From: an uncultured Rhizobiaceae bacterium
GTDB taxonomy: Bacteria; Pseudomonadota; Alphaproteobacteria; Rhizobiales; Rhizobiaceae
DNA: 64,000 bases
Direction of reading: 5' to 3'
NCBI GenBank assembly: GCA_964386015.1
Contig: CAYLSN010000001.1
Coordinates: 627-64,626 of the forward strand
The position numbers were made by a program, and so were the translations under genes. The notes under the pieces were generated by a model that was not told where the DNA came from, did not search any database, and worked only from the letters and a program-made list of their open reading frames with translations. Positions 55,367 to 64,000 of this stretch are shown in pieces (the first letter of the stretch is position 1; every line of letters begins with the position of its first letter).

Positions 55367-56373
55367 GCGGCAGGATCGCAAGGGCTGCCTGCATCGGCGG
55401 CGGCGTCATCGGCGCCGGCTGGGCCGCCCGACTGGCGCTCAATGGCATTGCGGTCGCCCTGTACGATCCGGACCCGGAAGCACCGCGCAAGGTAGACGAG
55501 GTTCTGGCCAATGCGCGACGCGCCTACTGCCGCATGGTCCCGGACGGATTGCCCGGGGAGGGGCGGATTTCCTTCCCGCCCTCGATCGCCGAGGCCGTCG
55601 CCGGCGCCGAACTGATTCAGGAAAGCGTGCCCGAGCGGCTCGACCTCAAGCACAGTGTGCTTGCCGAAATCGATGCGCATTCGGCGCCGGATGCGCTGAT
55701 CGGCTCGTCCACTTCCGGTCTGAAGCCGACGCAGATGCAGTGCGCGATGACCCGGCCCGGCCGGCTCGTCGTTGCCCATCCCTTCAACCCGGTCTATCTC
55801 CTGCCGGTCGTCGAGATCGTCGGCGGCGAGCATACCGATGCAGCCGCCATCGCGCGGGCAAGGCGGATCTATGCCGCGATCGGCATGAAGCCGGTGGTCA
55901 TCCGCAAGGAGATCGAGGCATTCGTCGGGGACCGCCTGCTCGAAGCGCTCTGGCGCGAGGCCTTGTGGCTGATCCGCGACGGGGTCACCACCGTGGAAGA
56001 GCTGGATGACATCATTCGCTTCGGCTTCGGCCTCAGATGGGCGCAGATGGGACTGTTCCAGACCTACCGCATCGCCGGCGGCGAGGCCGGCATGCGTCAT
56101 TTCCTCGCGCAGTTCGGCCCCTGCCTTTCCTGGCCGTGGACCCGGCTTACGGATGTGCCGGAAATGGACGAGGCACTGGTCGAGACCATTGCCGCGCAGT
56201 CCGACGAACAGGCGCGGGGCCTGACGATCCGCGAACTGGAGCAGATCCGCGACGACAACCTCATCGCGATCATGCGCGGGCTCGCGGGCGAACGGAATGG
56301 ACAGGGCTGGGGCGCCGGCGAACTCTACAAGGATTATGTCCGCATGCTTTCGGAACGTGCCAAAGCGGAGTAG
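55363..56373 (+). CDS. 3-hydroxyacyl-CoA-dehydrogenase-family protein, L-carnitine dehydrogenase-like
   Basis: NAD fold AACIGGGVIGAGWAARLALNG, then ESVPERLDLKH and AHPFNPVYLLPVVEIVGG, with a C-terminal domain of LcdH type. Confidence 0.8.
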   Translation: MSGRIARAACIGGGVIGAGWAARLALNGIAVALYDPDPEAPRKVDEVLANARRAYCRMVPDGLPGEGRISFPPSIAEAVAGAELIQESVPERLDLKHSVLAEIDAHSAPDALIGSSTSGLKPTQMQCAMTRPGRLVVAHPFNPVYLLPVVEIVGGEHTDAAAIARARRIYAAIGMKPVVIRKEIEAFVGDRLLEALWREALWLIRDGVTTVEELDDIIRFGFGLRWAQMGLFQTYRIAGGEAGMRHFLAQFGPCLSWPWTRLTDVPEMDEALVETIAAQSDEQARGLTIRELEQIRDDNLIAIMRGLAGERNGQGWGAGELYKDYVRMLSERAKAE

Positions 56374-56384
56374 CGCGACTCCCT

Positions 56385-58022
56385 TCAGTGCCCGGCGCTC
56401 TCCATCCTCCTGCTTGCCAGGACCCTTTCCAGCCAGCCGGGCTCCATTTCCGGCACGGAAGAGAGCAGCAGATCGGTGTAGTCGTCGAATGGCGGTGACA
56501 GGACGTCGCTTCGCGGACCGTAACGGACGACCCTGCCGCGATACATGACTGCGATCGAATCGGCGATGGCGCGCACCGTGGCGATATCATGGGTGATGAA
56601 GAGATAGGCGACGTCCTCGGCCTTCTGCAGGTCGAGCAAGAGCCGCAGGATTCCATTGGCCACCAGCGGATCGAGCGCGCTCGTCACTTCGTCGCAGATG
56701 ATCAGCTTCGGCCTGGCGGCGAGGGCTCGCGCTATGCACACGCGCTGCTTCTGCCCGCCGGACAATTCCGCCGGATAGCGGTCGGCATAGCCCTTTCCCA
56801 TCTCGATCGCATCGAGTAGCTCGGCGATGCGCCGTTCCTTCTCGCGACCGCGCATGTTGAAATAGAATTCCAGCGGCCGCCCGATGATGGTGGCTACGGT
56901 CTGTCGCGGGTTCATCGCCACATCGGCCATCTGGTAGATCATCTGCAACTGGCGGAGATCCTCGCGCGGGCGGTTCTTCAGCGCCGGGACCAATGCGCGG
57001 CCGTCGAAACGGATTTCTCCGCGGGCGGGGGGCAGAAGCCCGGTAATGACACGCGCGAGCGTCGACTTGCCGGACCCCGATTCGCCGACGACCGCCAGCG
57101 TGCGCCCCGGATGGATGGACAGGGTCACGTCATCCAGCACCTTGATCTTCCCGCCGCCATAGCTCGCCGAGACATTGTGCACGGCCAGAAGCGGCTCGCC
57201 CGCAGCATCGTTCTGCGGGTGATCGATCGAACGGACCGAGACCAGCGCCCTTGTATATTCCTCCCGCGGCGCCTCGATGATCTGGCGTGTCGGGCCATGT
57301 TCGACCAGCTTGCCATTCCGCAGCACCATGATCTCGTCCGCCACCTGGGCGACGACTGCAAGGTCGTGCGTGATGTAGAGCGCTGCGACCCCGGTCAGGC
57401 GGATTGCATCCTTGATCGCGCCAAGCACATCGATCTGCGTCGTGACGTCGAGCGCGGTGGTAGGTTCGTCGAAGATGATGAGATCCGGGCGGGAACACAG
57501 CGCCATTGCCGTCATGACGCGCTGCAGCTGGCCGCCGGAAACCTGGTGCGGGTAGCGTCGGCCGATATTTTCCGGATCCGGAAGTCCGAGCGTCCGGAAC
57601 ATGTCCACCGCCCACGCCTCCGCCTCCTGCCGGCTGGCGGTGCCGTGCTCGACTGCAGCTTCCACGACCTGGTCGATCAGGCGATGCGCCGGATTGAATG
57701 CCGCGGCCGCCGATTGCGCCACGTAACAGACTTCGCGGCCGCGCAGTTTGCGTAACTCCCTCGGGCCAGCCTTCAGGATATCCCTGCCGTTGAGGATGAC
57801 CTGACCGCCGGTAATCCTTACGCCGCCACGGCCATATCCCATGGCCGAAAGGCCGATCGTCGACTTGCCGGCGCCGGATTCGCCGATGAGACCGAGCACC
57901 CTGCCCTTTTCGAGCCGGAGCGAGACATCGTCCACGATGACGGCGTTGCGAGGCCTTTCGCCCGGTTGGTAAACGGTCGCCTCGATCCGCAGATTGCGAA
58001 TGTCCAGCAGGAGGTCAGCCAC
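56385..58022 (-). CDS. ABC transporter ATP-binding protein with two fused ATPase domains (DppD/DppF-like)
   Basis: GTG 58022 lies behind GGGAGGA and overlaps the permease stop. Two Walker A motifs (GESGAGKST, GESGSGKST) and two signatures (VSGGQLQR, LSGGQKQR). The track ORF to 58430 is over-extended. Confidence 0.9.
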   Translation of the reverse strand: MADLLLDIRNLRIEATVYQPGERPRNAVIVDDVSLRLEKGRVLGLIGESGAGKSTIGLSAMGYGRGGVRITGGQVILNGRDILKAGPRELRKLRGREVCYVAQSAAAAFNPAHRLIDQVVEAAVEHGTASRQEAEAWAVDMFRTLGLPDPENIGRRYPHQVSGGQLQRVMTAMALCSRPDLIIFDEPTTALDVTTQIDVLGAIKDAIRLTGVAALYITHDLAVVAQVADEIMVLRNGKLVEHGPTRQIIEAPREEYTRALVSVRSIDHPQNDAAGEPLLAVHNVSASYGGGKIKVLDDVTLSIHPGRTLAVVGESGSGKSTLARVITGLLPPARGEIRFDGRALVPALKNRPREDLRQLQMIYQMADVAMNPRQTVATIIGRPLEFYFNMRGREKERRIAELLDAIEMGKGYADRYPAELSGGQKQRVCIARALAARPKLIICDEVTSALDPLVANGILRLLLDLQKAEDVAYLFITHDIATVRAIADSIAVMYRGRVVRYGPRSDVLSPPFDDYTDLLLSSVPEMEPGWLERVLASRRMESAGH

Positions 58023-58845
58023 TTCGTCCTCCCTTGAGGTCGGCAGTCCGGTTGAGCACCCAGTCGGCGACCAGATTGACGGAGATCGCCAGAACGGAAA
58101 TCGCCGCGGCAGGGATGAGGGCGGCCGGAATGCCGAAGACGATTCCTTCCTTGTTCTCGCGCACCATCGCTCCCCAGTCGGCGTCGGGCGGCTGGACGCC
58201 AAGGCCGAGGAAGGAAAGGGCCGACAGAAACAGTACCGCGAAGATGAAGCGCAGGCCGAGTTCGGCCACGAGCGGAGACAGCGCATTGGGCAGGATCTCG
58301 CGGAAGATGATCCAGCCCCGGCCTTCGCCGCGCAGCTTTGCCGCCTCGACAAAGTCCATGACGTTGATATCCACCGCCACGGCCCGGGCCAGCCGATAGA
58401 CACGGGTCGAATCCAGCAGTCCCATGACAATGATGAGGATCGGGATGCTCGACGGCAGCACCGAGAGGACGACGAGCGCGAAGATCAGCGTCGGAATCGA
58501 CATCAGCAGGTCGACACAGCGGGACAGAAGCTGGTCGATCCAGCCGCCGATCACCGCCGCGGCAAAACCGAGAATCGAGCCGAGGCCGAATGACAGCGCC
58601 GTCGCCAGGGCAGCGATTGTCAGGGTGGTACGGCCGCCATAGATCATGCGCGACAGCAGGTCCCGGCCCAGATTGTCGGTCCCGAGCAGGAACTGGTCGG
58701 AAGCGGGCTCCCAGACTCCGCCGACAATCGCGGCATTCGGATAGGGCGCAAGCCATGGCGCGAAGATGGCGCTGAGCACGAACAATGCTGTCAGGACGAG
58801 CCCGATCCAGGCAGTGATCGGAATTCGGCGCAGCATCGCGCTCAC
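58015..58845 (-). CDS. ABC transporter permease (DppC-like)
   Basis: 276 aa with 6 TM segments. The start is GTG 58845 (GTGA overlap) or ATG 58836. Confidence 0.85.
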   Translation of the reverse strand: MSAMLRRIPITAWIGLVLTALFVLSAIFAPWLAPYPNAAIVGGVWEPASDQFLLGTDNLGRDLLSRMIYGGRTTLTIAALATALSFGLGSILGFAAAVIGGWIDQLLSRCVDLLMSIPTLIFALVVLSVLPSSIPILIIVMGLLDSTRVYRLARAVAVDINVMDFVEAAKLRGEGRGWIIFREILPNALSPLVAELGLRFIFAVLFLSALSFLGLGVQPPDADWGAMVRENKEGIVFGIPAALIPAAAISVLAISVNLVADWVLNRTADLKGGRSG

Positions 58846-59798
58846 CTCGGATGCCGCAGTCGCGGATTGGACAGGATCGCCACCACATCCGCGACAATGT
58901 TGAGGCCGATATAGACCGCCGCAAAAATGAGCCCCACGGCCTGCACCACCGGCACGTCCCGCTTGGAGACATGATCGACCAGATATTGCCCCATGCCGGG
59001 ATAGACGAAGATGACCTCGACCACCACGACGCCCACGACCAGGAAGGCCAGGTTCAGCATCACCACATTCACGATCGGGGCAATCGCGTTGGGCAGGGCA
59101 TGGCGGCGAATGATCGCCGACTGCGACAGGCCCTTCAGCTCCGCCGTCTCGACATAGGCCGATTGCATGACGTTGAGAATCGCAGCCCTGGTCATGCGCA
59201 TCATGTGGGCGAGCACCACGAGGGTCAGGACGGTCGCCGGCAGGGCAATGGCCCGCATCCGGTCGAGGAAGGGCATGTTGTCGTATACGGTCGACACGCT
59301 CGGGAACCAGCCGAGCTTGACGGTGAAGAACAGGATCAGCACATAGCCGATGAAGAATTCCGGCAGCGACATGGAGGCGAGCGCGAGCCCGGAGATCAGC
59401 TTGTCCACCGGACCGTTGCGGTAGCGTACTGCCAGGAGCCCGAGGATCAGCGACAGCGGCACGGACACCGCAGCCGCCCAGAAAGCAAGGAACAGCGTAT
59501 TCCAGAGGCGCGGCCCGATCGAGGCGGCGATGTCGCGGCGGTTGGAAAGCGCCGTGCCGAGGTCACCTGTCAGCACGCCGCCCAGCCAGCGGAAATAGCG
59601 CACGACCGCCGGTTCGTTGAGGCCGAGCTGCTCGCGCAGATTGGCAACAGCCTCCGGCGTGGCGGACTGCCCGAGAATCGAGGCCGCAACGTCCCCCGGA
59701 AGGATCTCGGTGCCGGCAAAGATCAGCACCGACACCGCAAGCAGGAGGAGAAGGCCCAGCGCGATGCGCTGGGCGATCAGTTTCAGTACCTGGCCCAC
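58842..59798 (-). CDS. ABC transporter permease (DppB-like)
   Basis: The typical N-terminus VLKLIAQRIALGLLLLLAVSVLIFA begins at GTG 59798, 16 nt after the SBP stop. Confidence 0.8.
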   Translation of the reverse strand: MGQVLKLIAQRIALGLLLLLAVSVLIFAGTEILPGDVAASILGQSATPEAVANLREQLGLNEPAVVRYFRWLGGVLTGDLGTALSNRRDIAASIGPRLWNTLFLAFWAAAVSVPLSLILGLLAVRYRNGPVDKLISGLALASMSLPEFFIGYVLILFFTVKLGWFPSVSTVYDNMPFLDRMRAIALPATVLTLVVLAHMMRMTRAAILNVMQSAYVETAELKGLSQSAIIRRHALPNAIAPIVNVVMLNLAFLVVGVVVVEVIFVYPGMGQYLVDHVSKRDVPVVQAVGLIFAAVYIGLNIVADVVAILSNPRLRHPR

Positions 59799-59814
59799 TC
59801 CATCATGTCCCCGA

Positions 59815-61407
59815 TCATGCCTCGTCCAGCCAGACGCGGATTGCCGCGCGCAGATTGGAGGTTTCATGGTTCGGGTCCTTGACCCAGCCCTTGACCTCCT
59901 CGCGGCGCGCGTCGAGGAAATCGTTGAACATCGGCAGGATCAGGCCGCCTTCGTCACGGACGAGGAGCGCCGCCTCGCGATAGAGCTCGGCGCGCCGGGT
60001 TGAATCCAGTTCAGCCCGCGCCTCGAGAATGATCCCGTCGAACTTCTCGTTGAAGAAGCGGGTATCGTTCCAGTCGGCGCCGGTAATGTAGGCCGTCGAA
60101 TACATCGAATCCTGGGTCGGACGGCCGCCCCAGTACGAAGCGCAGAAAGGCTGCTTGTTCCACACTTCGGTCCAGTAGCCGTCGCCCGGTTCGCGCTGCA
60201 CGTCGATCGTGATGCCTGCAGCCGCCGCCTGCTGCTGGAAAAGCTGCGCCGCATCGACCGCGCCCGGGAACGCCACCTCCGACGTGCGCAGCAGGATCGG
60301 CCCGCTGTGGCCGGACTTCTGGTAGTGGAACCTGGCCTGGTCGGGATCATAGGTGCGCTGTTCGATCCCATCCGGGAACAGGGCGTAGGACTGATTGATC
60401 GGGAAATCATTGCCCAGCGATGCATGGCCCATCAGGATCTGCTGCACCATCTGCTCGCGATCGATCGCCAGTTTCAGTGCCATGCGCAGGTCGTAATTAT
60501 CGAAGGGCGGCGTGTTGCAATGCATGATGAAGACATAGTGCCCCTTGGAAGGCACGCTCTCCACCACGACACCCGGTACGCGCTCGAGCAGGCCGACTGT
60601 CTTCGGCTCGACGCGGTTGATGATGTGGACCTGACCCGATTGCAGCGCTGCCGTACGGGCGGTGTTGTCGTTCATGACGATGACTTCCACCGAATCGACG
60701 TGCCCGACATCGTCGCGCCAGTACCCCGCATGCCGGATGCTGACATGGCGCACGCCCGGCTCGTTGACCTCGACCTTGTAGGGTCCGGTGCCGATGCCGG
60801 CATCCGGCTGGTCGTAGCCTCCATTGGGCTGGATCACCAGGTGATAATCGGTAAGAAGCAGGGGCAGATCGGCATTGCCGCGATTGAGCCGGATGACCAC
60901 GTAATCCCCATCCACCGCGATTTCGGCTATGTCGCGCAATACGCCCAGCGCCGCCGATTCTGTCTTCTCGTCGGAATGACGGCGCAATGTCTGCGCAACG
61001 TCCTCCGGCTCCAGCTCCTTGCCATTGTGGAAAGTGACGCCCTTGCGGATCCTGAAATGCCATTCGGCGGCATCCTCCGATGCCTCCCAGCTTTCGGCCA
61101 GCACCGGCTGAGGCGATCCATCCTCCGGCGACTGCAGTACGAGCAACTCTCCCCAGGTGGAGCCGAAATTCTGCGGCACCTGGGTGAGCCAGGTCGCCGG
61201 ATCGAGGCTGTTGGTCGACTCGCCTCCGACCAGCCCCATCTTCAGATGTCCCCCCTTCTTCGGTCCCTGTGCCCGGGCGATGTCCGCCAGCAGCGAATTC
61301 GCCGCGGCGGCGCTTACGCCAAGCGCGGCCGCCCGTCCGAGGAATTCGCGGCGGCTGAGTTTTCCTGCAGACACACGCCTGCCCAGATAGGTGAGCTCAT
61401 TGGTCAT
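59815..61407 (-). CDS. ABC transporter substrate-binding protein, family 5 (peptide/nickel/opine type) with a Tat signal
   Basis: Starts at MTNELTYLGRRVSAGKLSRREFLGRAAALGVSAAAANSLLA (twin-arginine SRREFL), with a family-5 SBP body of about 530 aa. Confidence 0.85.
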   Translation of the reverse strand: MTNELTYLGRRVSAGKLSRREFLGRAAALGVSAAAANSLLADIARAQGPKKGGHLKMGLVGGESTNSLDPATWLTQVPQNFGSTWGELLVLQSPEDGSPQPVLAESWEASEDAAEWHFRIRKGVTFHNGKELEPEDVAQTLRRHSDEKTESAALGVLRDIAEIAVDGDYVVIRLNRGNADLPLLLTDYHLVIQPNGGYDQPDAGIGTGPYKVEVNEPGVRHVSIRHAGYWRDDVGHVDSVEVIVMNDNTARTAALQSGQVHIINRVEPKTVGLLERVPGVVVESVPSKGHYVFIMHCNTPPFDNYDLRMALKLAIDREQMVQQILMGHASLGNDFPINQSYALFPDGIEQRTYDPDQARFHYQKSGHSGPILLRTSEVAFPGAVDAAQLFQQQAAAAGITIDVQREPGDGYWTEVWNKQPFCASYWGGRPTQDSMYSTAYITGADWNDTRFFNEKFDGIILEARAELDSTRRAELYREAALLVRDEGGLILPMFNDFLDARREEVKGWVKDPNHETSNLRAAIRVWLDEA

Positions 61408-61460
61408 TGCAGTCTCCTCCCATAAAGACCGATGGTCTGTCACGAACCATTGCCCCGAAT

Positions 61461-61478
61461 ATTGAACGAATGTTCAAT
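61461..61478. promoter_or_regulatory. Inverted repeat ATTGAAC-N4-GTTCAAT (candidate operator upstream of the Dpp-like operon)
   Basis: Perfect 7-bp arms, AT-rich, 54-71 nt upstream of the SBP start codon. Confidence 0.35.
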
Positions 61479-61545
61479 GTCATGGCAAGGCCGGATTTCG
61501 CATTTTTCCGGCCGGTCGCGCCCGGCACCCTTTCCGGCGCCGCGG

Positions 61546-64000
61546 CTATGCTGCCTGTTCCGCCGCCTGCGCCAGCCGTTGCGAAGCTGTCAGCAGGCGC
61601 GCCAGGCAAGCCTTCCGCGCCTCTGCCGCCCGGTCTGCGCTGGCCCGCTTGACCGGCCCGAAGCCGCGGATCTGCTCGGGCACGGCAGCCAGCGCAAGGA
61701 AGTCCTCCCGCCGCGACGGCTCATAGGAGCGTTCGATCAGTTCGAGATCGGAGAGATACTCCGCGAGAAGGCGGCGTTCCCACTTGCGTTCCGGCAAGTG
61801 CCGGAACGGGTCGGCCCAACTGCCGCGCAGCCGGCGCAAGGCGGCAAGCACCGTGAACAATTTCATCGTCCATGGGCCGAAAGTCCGCTTTCGCGGCCGG
61901 CCGCCCACGTCGCCATCGCCGAAGACCGGCGGCGCGAGGTGGAATTCGAGACGCGTCCAGGACTCGAACTCTCCGGCGAGCTGCTTCCGGAAGTCGCCAT
62001 TGGCGAACAGGCGTGCGACTTCATATTCGTCCTTTGCCGCCATGAGCCGGAACAGGCTGCGCGCCACGGTTTCTGCAAGCTCTCCGTCGATCTGGCGCAT
62101 GCGTTCCACGCGTTCGCGGTACTGGCGGGCATAGGCCGCATCCTGATAGTCGGCGAGGAAGGCTTCGCGCCGGGCGATGATCTCATCCAGTGTCGGTGCC
62201 GGACTGTCGCTGGCGGTGCCGCCGCCGATCCGCCGGCGCAGGCTCTCCGGTTCCAGTGCCGCCTGTCTGCCCCAGCGGAATGCGGCCCGGTTCATCGCCA
62301 CTGCCTGGCCATTCAGCTCGATGGCGCGTTCGATGGCCGCGGCAGAAACCGGAAGCCCGCCATGTTGATATGCAAAGCCGAGCAGAAGCATGTTGGCCGC
62401 CAGCGAATCGCCGAACAGCGCGGTCGCCGCCCGGGTCGCGTCAAGGAACTGCGCGCGGGACTCTCCGGCGGCATCACCGATCGCCTTGCGCAGGCGTGCC
62501 GCCGGCAGCTCGAAATCGGCGGATCTCGCAAATTCTCCCGGCATGATCTCGGCCGTATTGACGACAAAGAGCGTCCTGCCCCTGCGGGCCGCGCCAAGCA
62601 CCTGCCGCGAGGCGGAGACGACCAGATCGCAGCCCAGTACCAGGTCGGCAGCGCCCGCGCCGACACGGATGGCATGGATTTCCTCCGGGGTACGGGCGAT
62701 GCGGACGTGGCTGAACACTGCGCCGCCCTTCTGCGCCAGTCCCGCCATGTCGATGATGCCGCATCCCTTGCCTTCCAGATGCGCCGCCATGCCGAGAATG
62801 GCCGCGATCGTCACGACCCCGGTACCGCCGATCCCGTCGACAATGCCGGCCCAGCCTTCCGGTCCGGGCACCGCGGCCTCCGGCTCCGGCAGGTCTGCGT
62901 CAGGTTCGGGAATTTGAACTGCGGCCCCGCGGATCCGCGCCCCATGCACGGTGACGAAGGAAGGACAGAAGCCCTTGATGCAGGAAAAATCCTTGTTGCA
63001 GCCTGACTGATCGATGCGCCGCTTGCGGCCGAATTCGGTTTCCACCGGCTGCAGGGAAACGCAATTCGACTGGACGCCGCAATCGCCGCAGCCCTCGCAT
63101 ACCAGCGTATTGATGACGACGCGGCGGTCGGGATCCGGAAAGGCGCCACGCTTGCGGCGGCGGCGCTTTTCGGCAGCGCAGGTCTGATCGTAGATCAGCA
63201 CGGAAACGCCTTCGACCTCACGAAGCTCCCGCTGCACCGCATCCAGTTCGTCGCGATGATGCACGCTCGTCCCGTGCGGGAACCTGGCGCCGGCGGCATA
63301 TTTCTCCGGCTCGTCACTGACGACGGCAATCCGCTCGACCCCTTCGGCGCGCACCTGCCGGGCGATGGCATCGACCGTGAGCGCGCCGTCATGCGGCTGC
63401 CCGCCGGTCATGGCGACAGCATCGTTGAACAGGATCTTGTAGGTGACATTGACGCCGGAGGCGACAGCGAAGCGGATGGCCAGTGCACCGGAATGGTTGT
63501 AGGTGCCGTCGCCGAGATTCTGGAAGACATGTCCGCGCCGGGAAAACGGCGCCTGTCCCACCCATTGCGCGCCTTCGCCGCCCATCGCGGTGAAGCCGAC
63601 CGTGCTGCGGTCCATCCACAGCGACATGAAATGACAGCCGATGCCGCCGCCGGCAATGGACCCTTCCGGAACGCGCGTGGAGCTGTTGTGCGGACAGCCG
63701 GAACAGAAATAGGGCGTTCTCCGCGCGGCCTCGGTCAGGCGCCCGGCATGCTCCAGCGTCCGGCGCAGGTCGGCCACTCTCGCCTCGATCTCCGCGCCCG
63801 GTCCGCCGTGCCTCGACAGCCGCTCGCCGATGGCGACCGCGATGGCGGCAGGATCGAGCGCCCCCCAGGAGGGCAGCAACCAGTCTCCCCGTTCATCCCG
63901 CTTGCCGACGATCCGCGGCGCCTGCGGCAAGCCGTAGAGGATCTCGCGCAGCTGACGCTCGATCAGCGGATGCTTCTCCTCGACCACCACGATCTCGTCG
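61546..64000 (-). CDS. Indolepyruvate ferredoxin oxidoreductase family protein (fused IorA-IorB type), C-terminal about 818 codons; the 5' end lies beyond the window
   Basis: TPP motif GDGTYNHSG, 4Fe-4S motif CEGCGDCGVQSNC and an IorB-like C-terminal half. The reading frame is open to the window edge. Confidence 0.85.
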   Translation of the reverse strand, partial: DEIVVVEEKHPLIERQLREILYGLPQAPRIVGKRDERGDWLLPSWGALDPAAIAVAIGERLSRHGGPGAEIEARVADLRRTLEHAGRLTEAARRTPYFCSGCPHNSSTRVPEGSIAGGGIGCHFMSLWMDRSTVGFTAMGGEGAQWVGQAPFSRRGHVFQNLGDGTYNHSGALAIRFAVASGVNVTYKILFNDAVAMTGGQPHDGALTVDAIARQVRAEGVERIAVVSDEPEKYAAGARFPHGTSVHHRDELDAVQRELREVEGVSVLIYDQTCAAEKRRRRKRGAFPDPDRRVVINTLVCEGCGDCGVQSNCVSLQPVETEFGRKRRIDQSGCNKDFSCIKGFCPSFVTVHGARIRGAAVQIPEPDADLPEPEAAVPGPEGWAGIVDGIGGTGVVTIAAILGMAAHLEGKGCGIIDMAGLAQKGGAVFSHVRIARTPEEIHAIRVGAGAADLVLGCDLVVSASRQVLGAARRGRTLFVVNTAEIMPGEFARSADFELPAARLRKAIGDAAGESRAQFLDATRAATALFGDSLAANMLLLGFAYQHGGLPVSAAAIERAIELNGQAVAMNRAAFRWGRQAALEPESLRRRIGGGTASDSPAPTLDEIIARREAFLADYQDAAYARQYRERVERMRQIDGELAETVARSLFRLMAAKDEYEVARLFANGDFRKQLAGEFESWTRLEFHLAPPVFGDGDVGGRPRKRTFGPWTMKLFTVLAALRRLRGSWADPFRHLPERKWERRLLAEYLSDLELIERSYEPSRREDFLALAAVPEQIRGFGPVKRASADRAAEARKACLARLLTASQRLAQAAEQAA

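Overview
This is a GC-rich chromosomal segment (mid-60s % GC by eye). Gene content and synteny point to an alphaproteobacterium of the order Hyphomicrobiales/Rhizobiales: actSR next to hrpB, the run murA-DUF2948-hisD-UPF0262-LMW-PTP, and many ABC importers. I can support about 57 protein-coding genes, one tRNA-Thr(GGT) with a sigma70-type promoter, one TPP riboswitch ahead of a thiD-thiS-thiG-thiE-tenA operon, two hairpin terminators and three short perfect palindromes that could be operators. The ORF track counts GTG/TTG as starts and reports many long ORFs that are antisense or out-of-frame shadows of real genes, which is usual at this GC content. I corrected several starts using RBS position and stop/start coupling. 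I found no transposase, integrase, phage gene, CRISPR array, rRNA or recognisable defence system, so most of the window is ordinary housekeeping and metabolic DNA. The regions most likely to hold undescribed biology are listed below, and all functional assignments rest on motif and family recognition from the translated sequence with no database search run. (1) A tRNA-Thr-proximal catabolic cluster at 36.5-47.2 kb combines a heterotrimeric opine-oxidase/D-hydroxyproline-dehydrogenase-like flavoenzyme, a two-Cys Asp/Glu-racemase-like protein, an acetolactate-synthase-like TPP enzyme, an MFS carrier and a PotABCD-like ABC importer, with no regulator encoded in it. (2) A compact divergent locus at 21.1-26.9 kb has 2 PAP2 phosphatases, 2 ArnT-like transferases, a polyprenyl-P glycosyltransferase and a LAB_N protein, and looks like a complete lipid A dephosphorylation/glycosylation module. 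(3) A GntR-controlled pair of an AAE3-type oxalate-CoA ligase and a GTGA-coupled PanE-like reductase suggests an oxalate-to-glyoxylate route. (4) An uncharacterised 490-aa polytopic membrane protein is operonic with an orphan kynureninase. (5) A 31-codon upstream ORF that looks like a relic of a BKACE gene is coupled to a carnitine-dehydrogenase-like gene. (6) A 140-nt, 39% GC patch rich in rare codons sits inside an ABC permease gene.
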